A stretch of DNA of 64,000 nucleotides from Octopus sinensis. Lineage: Eukaryota. Each line of letters starts with the position of its first letter. The stretch's first letter is position 1. Shown piece by piece: positions 47,934 through 61,407 of the stretch. The translations under genes were made by a program, and so were the position numbers. The stretch spans positions 8,680,001 through 8,744,000 of the forward strand of contig NC_042999.1 of NCBI RefSeq assembly GCF_006345805.1, given 5' to 3'. The notes under the pieces were generated by a model, which was not told the DNA's origin, did not search any database, and worked only from the letters and a program-made list of their open reading frames with translations.

Positions 47934-49820
47934 TATATATTATATATAAAACCACTATTAGGCAAATCAAACAGTGAAAATCATAAGCCAATACATAGAA
48001 AAAAATAATTAACAAAATATAAAATATAAAAATATAAAATATAAAAAAAAATTCCAAATTAAAATATTTAAATTAAAGTTGAAATTTTTAAAATCATTTA
48101 AATAATTTAAGCTTATAAATTTTAACATATATATATATGTATTATTACTTTATTTTATTTATTTATTTATTTATTTTTTAAAATTATATAACTATCATAA
48201 AGTATTAAAAGTTTAATATAAGATAAAGAGTAAAAACACTACGATCGTTTCATGCCCGTAACCAATTCTAATAACAATAATTCAAATTCAATTAATAATT
48301 CGAATTATGGTTACAGTCAATCTTCAGGTTAATTGTAATATTTTAATAAATAATCAGAAATATTTAAACAATATTTTTAAGAAATAAATAATATAATAAT
48401 TTTACTTATAAAAAACTCTATTATCAAACTAGAAACTTGACGATTATGATTATATCAAAACATCGATTATAATGTTAAATATTAATTTTAATTTTTAAGT
48501 ATTAATTTTTAAGGTAAGAAACCCACCAATAATCTAATATCAGTAATAGTCAATTACATAAATATTTTACAAAAAAATATTATATTATTAAAAATATAAT
48601 ATTTAAATAATATATAAATTATCAATGAAAATATATAACTGTATATAAATATTATAATTAAGATCTAAAATAATCTCTATAAATAAATATATATGCACAT
48701 ATAATAAAGACCTAATAAATTAATTTTTCATATATAAAGATGAAATAGCTAATTTCAAAAATACAAACAAACAATCTTAAACGAACGCTATAGCAAATTA
48801 ACTATCTTAATCTCTTTGGCTAAATAATAACTTTCAGAAATCTTATATTTAAATAACTTAAAGAAATAATCAATTCGTAGTTATATAGCATCAATAGATA
48901 CTATAAATATATTTATCAATGGGAATAATATATATATAATAATATATATATATATATATAATATATATATATATACATATATATTACATATACATACACA
49001 CATATATTATATACATATATATATATATAACAAAGTGAAGTTGTAAGGTACCGCACGAGTGGAAATATATATGAAAGAAGGTTTGAAAATGCAATTTTAA
49101 AAGATGTTTATTTACTTGACCGGTTTCACTTTTTTAGAAAAAGATTGTCAAAAGTGAAATGTAAAGCTTTGTAAAAACTTTGTTGTGTTAGGTACTGGTT
49201 GTCACAAAATATTACAATACATATATGCATTCTTTGATAATAGTAAGAAAATATTAAAAACAGTTTACAGGAAAAATCTTGAGAAAATATCAAAAAGTTC
49301 GCTAAAAATAATAGGATTTCATTAAAAATCATGTTTATTTGGAAGTATCTATATATATGTATATATATACACAGAAAATTATAAGTTCATAAAGGTCATA
49401 TTTTCCTGGTATATATATATATATTATACACAGAAGGAGATATATTTAGGAGTTTACAAAGTATTTGAGATGAACTGATCTGTTTCACCATTTGATCGTA
49501 AAAGGCTATTTACTATTTTAAGGCACAGTATGAGAGGTTGGTTTGGGTGGGGGGAAAAAAGAACAATGTGGAATTGAAAGGATGTTTTTGTTTCTCTTTC
49601 ATGGTTCAGTGGTTTTTGAGATTGGTCTTTGAGGTCAAAATGGTGTGAGTGTGTGGTGAAGTCTGGCGTAGCATGGTAAATTCCATTGTCTCGACCACTT
49701 TGTGTTAACAAGAAAGATGACAAATATCCGTCAAATGTAGATAATGTAAATAATGTGAATAATAAAAATCAAGTGCTGTTCTGGGCATTACATATATGTA
49801 AATGTATGTCTCTCTCTCTT

Positions 49821-49880
<60 letters not shown>

Positions 49881-49955
49881 ATATAAATATATGTATATAT
49901 ATATGTACATATATACACATATGTGCGTGAGTATGGATGCATGAATGTATATGTC

Positions 49956-49988
<33 letters not shown>

Positions 49989-50182
49989 ATGTGTGTATTT
50001 GAGAGTCTGAGAATTACTTAATAGAGTTTTGAAGTGTAAAAGTGATTCGCTTTAAAAAATCATTTTTCAAAAGAATGTTATGAAATTATTCATCAGGATT
50101 TTACTATCTCTTTTTGGAAAGAAGTTTTTTCTAGTGTATGAGCGATTTCATGTGTGTATATATACCATATATATATATATAT

Positions 50183-50213
<31 letters not shown>

Positions 50214-50345
50214 GATATATATATATATATAATATATATATATATATATCTGTATGTATGTATATATTTACTTATTACTTATATTATATATTTATCATTC
50301 ATTTTATACCTATTGAGATCTAGTTATAAGTTATATTTAAAAAAA

Positions 50346-50395
<50 letters not shown>

Positions 50396-50856
50396 TACAG
50401 ACATACATGCATGCATATATACATATATGTTTTTGTGCGCGGGTGTGTGCCTGCGTAAATGCATGTGTGTTGTGTGTGTGCATGTGCGTGTATCTGAAAT
50501 AATAAGAACGAACGCGGTCTCAGTTCAGAGCACCAAAAGCTTCAGAAGCTAAAACTCCGTCGCATTATATATTCATTACATTATCTTTATATTATAATGA
50601 AATGCATATATAATTAGACCAAGTTTACTTCAAAACATTAATAGTCCTCCACTGCGACTTTTTATTCCTCTCAATTTGGATGCTTATTTATCGTATAATG
50701 TGTGAAAGAATTTGCTGTTGAATCTGAGGTTGTGTATCACTTGTGATGTTGTTAAAATTATTCTGATAGTTTTTGAAATGGGACGAAGTAAATCTTATAT
50801 ATTCATAAATAAATTACAATGATCGACTATTTTCTCTTCGAATATTGTACAGTAGA

Positions 50857-51070
50857 AGGCGGGGAACGTTAGTACACCGGGCGAAATCCTTAGCGATATT
50901 TCGTCACTTTGTACGTTCTGAGTTCAAATTCCGCCGAGGTCGACTTTGCCTTTCATCCTTCCCAGGTCGATAAATTAAGTATCAGTTGCGTACTAGGGTT
51001 GATCCAATCGACTGCCACCACCAGCCTCTCCAAAAGTTTCGGGCCTTGTGCCTAGAGTAGAAAAGAATAG
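50857..51070 (+). mobile_element. SINE family A with tail 2
   Basis: Ends CGGGCCTTGTGCCTAGAGTAGAAAAGAAT. Confidence 0.85.
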
Positions 51071-51346
51071 TGTGTTTGCATCCACGTACTTTAGCGGTTC
51101 GGTAAATGAAACCGATAAAATAAGTACTTGGTTTAAAATTAAAATAAGTACTGGAGTCGATACGTTCGACTAAATTTCTTCTTGGCGGTGCCCCACCATG
51201 GCCGCAATCTAAAAACTGAAGCAAGTAAAAAATAAAGAAGCCGAGCATTGGTTTATTTGATAATAAGTGTCTTTAAATTAGGAACAAAAATATCAGTTTT
51301 GACGAGATGGAGTAAATCAACATCATCCGTAGTTCTTGACTGGCAG

Positions 51347-51390
<44 letters not shown>

Positions 51391-51399
51391 ATATATATA

Positions 51400-51600
51400 T
51401 ATAGGGAGAGTTGCGAGAAAAAAAACAAAAGACGAAGACAGGTGGTGTACAAAACAGACAGATGTATTAGTATAACGCTCAGGAATTGAAAAAGTCTTTT
51501 ACGTTTCGAGCCTACGCTCTTCTACAGAAAGGGACACAGAAAAAACAAGGAGAGAAAAAAATGTGTGTAGTGGCTATCGATCTATCATGGCGATACAGAG
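51400..51600 (-). mobile_element. Solo pLTR remnant with A6U hammerhead (51495-51533)
   Basis: CUUU-CUGUAGA-A-GAGC(GUAG)GCUC-GAAA-CGU-A/AAAG. Same family as 18100-18720. Flanked by (TA)n. Confidence 0.75.
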
Positions 51601-51631
51601 AAGAGAGAGAAAGAGAGAGAGAGAGATAAAG

Positions 51632-51687
<56 letters not shown>

Positions 51688-51833
51688 ATAAAATATTGGG
51701 AATAAATCCAAACTTACAGGGAAAAATCAGATTTAGGATTAAATCCAATTTTATAGTATAAATATATTATATTATATTATATTAAATTAGAGATTAAACC
51801 ACTATTAGGCAATTTTATCTCTAATTTAATATA

Positions 51834-51884
<51 letters not shown>

Positions 51885-51916
51885 ATATATATATATTTAT
51901 CTATATATATATATAT

Positions 51917-51956
<40 letters not shown>

Positions 51957-51958
51957 AT

Positions 51959-51997
<39 letters not shown>

Positions 51998-52549
51998 GTA
52001 TGTGTGTGTATGTAAATATATGTGCATACAGCGGGAACAGTCAACGGTTTAGCAGTCTAATATAGAGTTATTTGAAATGTAAATTAATCGAACCTAAACT
52101 ATTTAGAAAGAAAGATCACGAGTGAAGAATTGTGCCAAATAGAGAAAATGGAGTAAAATAGAGGAAGAGGAAATCTTTGATTTAAGAATCTTTCATTCGA
52201 AATTTCGATCATTTTCATGAAACTGGGTGTTGGGAAAATGTCCATCCATCAGTGGATGAGTAACCCCAAGACGGTCTAGCGCCTCCTTCTGAGGAGATGT
52301 AGGAAGTGCGTCGTATGTGTGTGCGCGCGCGTGTGTCTGTCTGTCTCTCTGTCTATCTTGGTGTCGATTTGTCTGACTAAAAGCCTTCAAGGCAGTGCTC
52401 CAGCATGACCGCAAGCTAAAAGAATCTATCTTTCTCGTATATAATATACAAGGAAGCGAATTGTGTAATAATTGTTATAATAGCCGACAGTTTCATTTAT
52501 GCAGTGAGACACTAATAAGTATGTATGTATGAATATTCATGCGTATTGT

Positions 52550-52562
52550 GTATGTATGTGTA

Positions 52563-52630
<68 letters not shown>

Positions 52631-52744
52631 GTCTATCTATCTATCTATATGTCTGTCTGTCTATCTATCTATCTATCTCTCTATCTATCTATCTATTTCT
52701 ATATTATATATACATGTATATATATTATATATAATATATATATA

Positions 52745-52790
<46 letters not shown>

Positions 52791-53040
52791 TATATTATAT
52801 AATACATATATATATATATATATTATATATAATATATGTGTGGTGTGTGTATGTATATACAAATATATGTATGTATTTATATGTGTATAATATATATATA
52901 TATATTTATATGTGTATATATATATATATATATTTATATGTATATATATATATATATATATTACATATGTATATATATATATGTATATATATGTATATAT
53001 ACATACATACATACATACATACATACATACACACACAGAT
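52550..53040. repeat. (TCTA)n/(TA)n/(CATA)n microsatellite
   Basis: Direct reading. Confidence 0.95.
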
Positions 53041-53627
53041 ACTTGCATGCATACGTACATGGATTCATACGTATATATGTATATGCTGAAGTCTTTGATA
53101 GGTGTAATCAAAACAAAAAACAAAGCAATAGATTTCCCCCTGGGAGCCGAACTAAAAGTCTCCCACTTCACTCCGCCCCAGATCACACCACACGTTACAT
53201 CAATATGATTCTGAACGAAACTGACATTCACTCAAGAAATATGCAGTTTCTTTTCCTCTCCTGGCTAAGCTGAACAACCTACTTTCCTCTCAAGTTGCAT
53301 GAGAACCGCAGTAACTTTAGCAGCTATTTAACAAGTAGCAGCAAATATTTTTGGATATTTCAAAAGATTTTGTAAGTGAGTAACCTCACTGGATTTACAT
53401 ATTGTAGTTTACCGATATCGATTTATTTCGAATTGTATGTGGTGAAGTTTGTAATCTTGAGTGCATTAGTATTGTAAAGAAGTTAGAAAACATCTTCAAA
53501 GTAAAGAGAAAACAATTCTGACTTGCATATTTGTTCTTAAAACGTACAGACGAGTTTTAATGTAAAATATGCTGTTTGCTGTAGTGTATGTCTTAGAAAA
53601 AACAACTATACTCATTCACGCACAGGT

Positions 53628-53672
53628 TGTTGGGATACTGGTGTTTCGACATGAGTCTCGTCAGCCAGAAAC
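53628..53672 (-). ncRNA. Hammerhead motif, canonical core, weak stem I
   Basis: CUGACGA-GAC(UCAU)GUC-GAAA-CACCA-GUA/UCCCAAC. Confidence 0.6.
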
Positions 53673-53956
53673 AGTCAGAAAAACAGTTTAGGAATTTTAA
53701 ACGCCGTGGGAATATTTTTTTATTTTGCAGTTTTTCTGATAGTGGCTTCTTTTGACGAGACCCAAATGTCTTATACTGTAAAGGAATTGAAACCGTTTCC
53801 ACGACACTGACACCCATCTTGCGACCCTTGAATTCATACGGTCCAGTAGAAATAGCATCTATGTTTCCTCAACTCATATTATACCGTCTTTAAGATGCGA
53901 GAGCTTTTAGGACAATGTAACATACCACCCGTGTATACAGATACCTACGTGATATA

Positions 53957-54024
<68 letters not shown>

Positions 54025-54083
54025 TATCTCACCTGTATCACTAATACATATGTATGATATGTATGTAGGTATATAACATCCCC

Positions 54084-54120
<37 letters not shown>

Positions 54121-54124
<4 letters not shown>

Positions 54125-54715
54125 CTCCCAGGTATGGTTACCCAACAGTGTAGGATTAACTGCGGACCTTGAAGCAATTCAGCGAAGCTTCACAAAGAAG
54201 ATCGTCTCTTTGCAACAGCTCAGCTACTGGGAAAGGCTGAAACAGCTAAGACTCTATTCCCTGGAGCGAAAGCAGGAGAGGTATGCAGTGATATACATCT
54301 GGAAGATCCTGGAAGGAATTGTGTCAAATTTTGTCATTAAAAGCTACACCAATGCCAGAACGGGTCGACGCTGCACAGCACCAAAGATTCCAGCCAAGCC
54401 ATTGCGCTTCAGGGCCAGTAACTGCAACACTCTGGGCTTCAGGGGCCCACAGCTTTTTAATATTCTCCCAAAATGTCTGAGAAACCTGCACAAAGTAGAT
54501 ATAAGCGTTTTTAAATCAAGGCTGGATCTCTTCCTGTAGAGAGTTCCAGATGAACCTACCTCACGGCAAGAGGTGAAAATGAGGGTAGCTACATCAAACT
54601 CCATTCTTCACCAAGTGACACATATTAGAGGAGGCTCTCAGTAATATCAGTGTAGCAAAACGGCGGTGCTCCAGCATGGCCACAGCTCTGAGCTGAAACC
54701 ACAGGAAAAAAAATA
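54121..54715 (+). mobile_element. 5'-truncated CR1-group LINE (RT C-terminus + 3' UTR)
   Basis: SSQVWLP...DLEAIQRSFTKKI..LQQLSYWERLKQLRLYSLERKQERYAVIYIWKIL. Tail GGCGGTGCTCCAGCATGGCCACAGCTCTGAGCTGAAAC. Confidence 0.9.
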
Positions 54716-55799
54716 AATTTTTTAAATACCATTGATCATAAGTCTACTGATTCTGTGCTGACCTGGTGTGAAGCAACAACAAAACATATAATTTCTTCTT
54801 AAGTCAAACGGTTTTCAAATCTGGTTTTCGTTTGATTCTGGCTGTTTGTTTTCTTATCGGATATTTCCCTTTGTACTTCTAAACATTTACAGATTATATT
54901 AGTTATCGAATATATAATGTTGCAAGTAGTTTTATTTGGCTTATATACCACTGTCCGTTTCATGAGTTATTTAGAATTATTTATGTGACGACATTTGTAT
55001 ACGCTTAGTCTTGCATTGCTAAATTCAAGGATAATAATTTAGAGATGTTATACTCTATTTAATATCACCTCTATAGTTTGAATTTGTAAGGCATTAAGTT
55101 GCTTTTTAGCTTTGGTATTTATTGTGTTTTAATTATGAGTTTGTGACTTTTATAAAATATGAGTATCTAACTTTCATTAAATATGACTTTCTTACTTTCA
55201 TCGTAGTGTTTGGCGATTCTAGAATATTCTTTAGTTTCGTTACATCCAGTCCATTGTTATTGTTTCTCAAATATGAATTAAATTTTATGCTATGAAGTGG
55301 TTTCGTGTAAACTTCTACCGTTTATGTCGTTTCCCCACTCCACCTTTTGAAGATTATTTTTATAACTAAATTTTATGATTCTGTCAGCCTATTGCTCTCA
55401 CGACATTTTTTTTATCAAAGCGTAGTCAACCATATTTAGAGATATTCTAGACAATAACATTCGATTTATAAATCTCCATAATCTAAACGTCTGTTCTCTA
55501 TTGTATTATTTGATTTGTGTAAAACATACACGAAATTTTTATCCATTGAAGTATTATGTACTATGGCTTGTTATGCTTTTTTTTTACTATGTAATATTTT
55601 TGTCCATAAATAATAAGCATTAAAATGTCACCTGCACTTCTATTTCTTCTATTCACACACACACATACAAATTATCTTAAGATCTAAAGTTCTGGTGGTT
55701 TATAGTGAGCAGATTTATTCCAATCAGTACGGTGATTGATAAAGTAAAACTTCATTGTTCATAGCGCGATCCGAAACGAGAATCAATATTAACATAAAA

Positions 55800-56034
55800 C
55801 CTATTTCTTTACTACCCACAAGGGGCTAAACACAGAGAGGACAAACAAGGACAGACAAATGGATTAAGTCGATTACATCGACCCCAGTGCGTAACTGGTT
55901 CTTAATTTATCGACCCAGAAAGGATGAAAGGCAAAGTCGACCTCGGCGGAATTTGAACTCAGAACGTAACGGCAGACGAAATATGGCTACGCATTTCGCC
56001 CGACGTGCTAACGTTTCTGCCAGCTCGCCGCCTT
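55800..56034 (-). mobile_element. SINE family A monomer with TSD
   Basis: TATTAACATAAAA on both flanks. Confidence 0.9.
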
Positions 56035-56366
56035 ATCATTATTAACATAAAATCGCAATCTTTGTACCCGTTCAAAGAAAGATGGTTGCATGTTGCGAGG
56101 GTGCTGGAAATGAAAGATTCCTCGTGAACATGTCAGAAGTCTGCATACAAAGGTTCCATTAGGAGAATGGGGCTCGTGGGGTCGGAGCGCAAGCAATCTC
56201 TCTGCTTCATTTCATGTTTGTATTTCGTCCTTGTTGTATCTCATTCGATTTCATTACATTTAAAAAAATTTTTAAAGTCATATAATCATTGTGTGTCTGA
56301 CCCCAATCAGGCTGTATTGTCCCTCTCTATGTTTGGGCCCTTGTGGCTAACAAAGGAATTGGATGT

Positions 56367-56870
56367 CTTGTTAGAACACCGAATACTGCGTTATTAGCCT
56401 TGAATGATCCTTTCACAGAGGTGCTTGGTGCATAAAAGCACACACATACATCGTAGCAGACGGGAACCGAACTATCATGGGCGCTGAAACTCCCATACCT
56501 CGTAATTTTATTCTAATGGAAACCTACAGTGGGAAGCGTCCGGTCAAATCTCGCTGCTCTCATGTATAGAATATCATCATTTTTTATTCCGAAACTGTTA
56601 TCGAAAATAATCTGCAGGCTTGTTAAAAAATGATTATTAGCGACGGAAGTAGTGTTAATACCGAAAGATAATCTTTGGCTTAACGTGGGTGTTACGCTAG
56701 AAAACCGAATAATGCGTTATTAGCCTGGAGAGATTCTCTCATACAGACGCTTAGTGCATAAAAACACACATACAGATCGTGGCAGACGAGAATCGTCTGT
56801 CATGGGCAACAGAACGCGTAATTTCATTCTACTGGGAATCATCAGTGACAGGCATCCAAATATGTTCCAG
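56367..56870 (+). repeat. Diverged direct duplication (~170 bp, period ~327 bp)
   Basis: TAGAA.ACCGAATA.TGCGTTATTAGCCT...GTGCATAAAA.CACACATAC...GCAGACG.GAA.CG at ~56370 and ~56697. Confidence 0.75.
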
Positions 56871-57258
56871 CCGAGTCGAACGCAAAACATGTTACTTGCC
56901 GTTGTGTACGTCTCAGAACAACTCTCTTTTACGACTTCAGTGTGTTCATAATATACTCGGCTAGTTGATGCAAGGGATTCTGGGACACTGTTGTTTCGAA
57001 ATATTGTGTCTTGTGAGCCAGAAGTACCCGATGCAGCATTTCTTTAAATATGTCTTGACTAGCAAGCTCTAATTGTTTTGTTACAGTTGTGCTGCAATGC
57101 GGGGTATAAAGTAATCACCTGACAGGCCCTAAACAACCATATATATATATATATATATATATAAGTTCAGCAAAATTTAGATTCAGATGAATATGGTACT
57201 CAAGTTAAAGGCACCAGAATTTGGTATGGTATTATCCATATAAATCAAATGGGGTGAT

Positions 57259-57434
57259 TATAATCAAAATGAGCAACAAGGATGTCCAAGGTAGAGTAGT
57301 ACAATTGTTTCATGCTACTTCATTTTATTAAACACTGTAAGTATTAAAACTGATGCAATACTTAATAAAATGAAGTAGCATGAAACAATTGTACTACACT
57401 ACCTTGGACATCCTTGTTGCTCATTTTGATTATA
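57259..57434. repeat. Near-perfect inverted repeat (73-bp arms, 30-bp spacer)
   Basis: 57259-57331 versus 57362-57434, one mismatch. Confidence 0.92.
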
Positions 57435-57446
57435 TATGTATATATA

Positions 57447-57491
<45 letters not shown>

Positions 57492-57650
57492 ATATATATA
57501 TATTATATATTATAATTAAGGGTTAAATGCAACAAGTTGCTCAAAACCACAATTATTATAACCCTTACCAAATATGGTCTTTTCCATACCGACAAATCTA
57601 CTAGGTGAAATTGATTAATTTTATTAAATTAATTACATTCCACCCTTTAT

Positions 57651-57689
<39 letters not shown>

Positions 57690-58035
57690 GCATGAGTTTA
57701 GGGAAACCAGTGGCCTTATGTGAGTGCATCGGGTGATTTGTAAATGGTAAAAGGGGTACAGAAACATTTATATTTAAAAATAAATCCTTCATTGAGTACT
57801 TCCTTACGCAAAATTATCATTTAAGGGTTTATAAAATAATAACAACAAAAAAAACATTTGCAGAGTATTAACGAATAAATGATGGAAGATATCCATAGTG
57901 ATCGTGGGGCAATGATTGCTATGATAAATGAAAATATTGAAAATGACTCACAATTAACCCTTTACTGCAATATAGGTAATATATGAATACACGCAGACAA
58001 AAACATACACACACACAGGCACACACACGCACACA

Positions 58036-58084
<49 letters not shown>

Positions 58085-58164
58085 CACACACGCACACACA
58101 TGATCAGACGCCAAAGAGATTGCTGTTCGTCTGCGTCGGCGAGATTTGCATTATTTACTAAAGT

Positions 58165-58575
58165 TACTCTTTTACTCCTTTACTGCGGCCATGCTGGAGC
58201 ATCGCCTTTAGTCGAGCAAATCAACCCCAGGACTTATTCTAGGTAAGCCTAGCACTTATTCTATCGGTCTTTTTCGCCGAACCGCTAAGTTACGGGGACG
58301 TAAACACACCAGCATCGGTTATCAAGCGATGCTGGGGGTGGGTGGGTGGATGGACTAACACAGACACACAAACACATACACACACATCCATATATATATA
58401 TATACATGTATACGACGGGCTTCTTTCAGTTTCCGTCTACCAAATCCACTCACAAGTCTTTGGTCGACCCGAGGCTATAGTAGAAAACATTTGCCCAAGG
58501 TGCCACACAGTGAGACTGAACGAAGAACCATGTGGTTGGTAAGCAAGCTATTTACCGCACAACCGCTCTTACGCC
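58165..58575 (-). mobile_element. SINE family C
   Basis: Matches other family C copies. Confidence 0.88.
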
Positions 58576-58849
58576 TCCTAGTTGATAAAAAAAAAGCAAA
58601 GTGGACAGCGAACTTTCCATGACGAATGGAAGATTCCACGTTTCTAGTAGGTTTTTTCTTTCAGAGAAAAGATGACAGAAGAAACCGCAGACATTTTTAA
58701 AGTCAGGGGATGAAAAATCTGCTTTCGCACATTAATTTCTCTTTTGTCAAGTTTTCCATGAAGAAGGACTCGGCTCGAAATGATGGATTTCCCACTACCC
58801 AATGCAACTGCACTGTACTCTTCACATACATATATAGATATGTGTAAAG

Positions 58850-59080
58850 GCTGCGAGCTGGCGGAAACGGTAGCACGCCGGGCGAAATGCTTAGCCGTAT
58901 CTCGTCTGCCGTTACGTTCTGAGTTCAAATTCCGCCGAGGTCGACTTTGCCTTTCATCCTCTCGGGGTCGATAAATTAAGTACCAGTTACGCACTGGGGT
59001 CGATGTAATCGACTTCATCCGTGTGTCTGTCCTTGTTTGTCCCCTCTGTGTTTAGCCCCTTGTGGGTAGTAAAGAAATAT
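58850..59080 (+). mobile_element. SINE family A monomer
   Basis: Full head to tail 1. Confidence 0.9.
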
Positions 59081-59490
59081 ACATAGATGTCTGTGTGATG
59101 TGTGTGTGTGTGTAATTTTGTGAAGGTTTGCAGTGGGATTAGAAGCAGATTCACTGCGAGTGAAGTTAGCCCTTCCTTGGTTTCGATTCCCACCTGTATC
59201 TCCTTCACTTCTTTTAAATTTTTAATGCCTCTAAGAAAGGCTTCAGTACGTGATCAAACTCATTCATTACATCCTGCAATCTTCATCAGTCTGTGATCGA
59301 TAGATGAGCAACAGTTAATAAACGCTGTCGCTTTAAGCAATTATGTTCCTCTCGTTCATATTTTATGACTTTTGTGCTACGATGGAAATCGATAAGATAA
59401 TTATTTTAAAGTGCGAGAATCACAAAAACAAATGCTTGTTGACTGAAATTCATGCATTGTCAACGTTACATCTGATTAAGTTTTGAGAGT

Positions 59491-59873
59491 GGAGGCGCAA
59501 TGGCCCAGTGGTTAGGGCAGCGGACTCGCGGTCGTAGGATCGCGGTTTCGATTCCCAGACCGGGCGTTGTGAGTGTTTATTGAGCGAAAACACCTAAAGC
59601 TCCACGCGTCTCCGGCAGGGGATGGTGGTGATCCCTGCTGTACTCTTTCACCACAACTTTCTCTCACTCTTACTTCCTGTTTCTGTTGTACCTGTATTTC
59701 AAAGGGCCGGCTTTGTCACTCCCTGTGTCACGCTGAATATCCCCGAGAACTACGTTAAGGGTGCACCTCTCTGTGGAGTGCTCAGCCACTTGCACGTTAA
59801 TTTCACGAGCAGGCTGTTCCGTTGATTCGGATCAACCGGAACCCTCGTCGTCATGACCGACGGAGTGCTTCCA
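59491..59873 (+). mobile_element. SINE family B, full length
   Basis: Near-identical to 18171-18554. Imperfect TSD TAAG(T/C)TTTGA. Confidence 0.92.
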
Positions 59874-60034
59874 TAAGCTTTGAATTCAAACTCGGCGAGT
59901 GTCGGCTGCTGTTTTCTTTCTCCTGTTGTAACATATTAATGTATTAATGTTGCATGTTTAATTCAAAATGCAAAAAAAAAAATTGCTTCCTTTAAATATT
60001 TGTAGACGTGTGTCAAAGTACACGCTCAATATTG

Positions 60035-60715
60035 ATTCCAAACTTTGGCACAAGGCCAAAAATTTCAAGGAAAGGAGCTAAGTTGATTACATCGATCCCA
60101 ATACTCTATCGGTACTTATTTTATCGAGGGCAAGGCGGCGTGCCGGCAGAAACGTTAGCATGTCGGGCGAAATGCTTAGCGGTACTTAGCCCGTCGTTAC
60201 GTTCTGAGTTCCATTTCCGCCGAGGTCGACTTTGCCTTTCATCCTTTCGGGGTCGATAAATTAAGTACCAGTTTCGCACTGGGGTCGATGAAATCGACTT
60301 AATACCTACGTCTGTCCTTGTTTGTCCCATCTATGTTTAGCCCCTTGAGGGTAGTAAAGAAATAGGTACTTATTTTATTGATTCCGAAAGGATGAATAGC
60401 AAAGCTGACCACGGCGGAATTGGAACTCAGAGCATAAAGTCGGACAAAACGCTGTTAAACAGTTTTGCCCGGGTGCTAACACTATTTATTTCTTTACTAC
60501 CCACAAGGGGCTAAACACAGAGAAAACAAACAAGGACAGACAGACGGATTAAGTCGATTATATCGACCTCAGTGCGTAACTGGTACTTTATTTATCGACC
60601 CCGAAAGGATGAAAGGCAAAGTCTACCTCGGCGGAATTTGAACTCAGAACGTAACGGCAGACGAAATACTGTTGAGCATTTCGCCCGGCGTGCTAACGAT
60701 TCTGCCAGCTCACCG
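60035..60715. mobile_element. Nested cluster of family A SINEs on both strands
   Basis: Plus copy ~60130-60365 and minus copy ~60487-60715 inside an older minus copy. Confidence 0.8.
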
Positions 60716-61359
60716 ACTGAAAAATGCGTGCAATCAATATTAAGACCCTGTTAGATATACACCTCAAGGTGAGAGATAATATCCAACTTAATCATGTTTG
60801 CAACAAGGTTTCGATTTCTACTTAAAGCTAATGTAATGAACTAACGTTTCTAATACAACTCAGAAAAAAAACACAACAAATAAACAAAACAAAATTGCAA
60901 AATCACATTAATGTCACACGATTTCATTCTCTTCCCCTTTACACTTGTGGCCTTGGGCCCAGAAAAGAAATCAATATTATACCTAGTTTAAGCAAACCAC
61001 TACTTTGGCAATGTTCCAAATAGATGCCAAATATAATCATTTTCTAAGCTTTGAAATTTCTGTAAACCAAATTGTAGTCTTAATTCTCACAGGAATTATT
61101 TCCCATGTATTAAAGAATATATACACATAAAAAATGATGAGTTTGTTGTAAATTTTCCTCTTTCAGTTCAGTGTAGATTTTTTTTTTCGATGCATCCTTC
61201 GCCATACTGTTCCCATCTGCTGTGATTTGAGTGAGTCTCGCTAAAACCAAACTCATCTATTATTTTCTTTCTTTCGTCCACAATAATGTTAGCTCAAGAA
61301 CAACATCATTAATTTCACCTTTGAAGTCACGTGACATCTTCGAATTGTATGCATGTATA

Positions 61360-61404
<45 letters not shown>

Positions 61405-61407
<3 letters not shown>

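Noticed and set aside
47990-48930. Mitochondrial insertion (NUMT)
   Set aside because: No recognisable mitochondrial gene, tRNA or rRNA motif.
49100-49170. GAAACCGGUC hammerhead 3' half on the minus strand
   Set aside because: No CUGANGA-like core upstream.
6-53273. Many ORFs rich in YI, CV, HT, LS, II, KE
   Set aside because: Translations of microsatellites.
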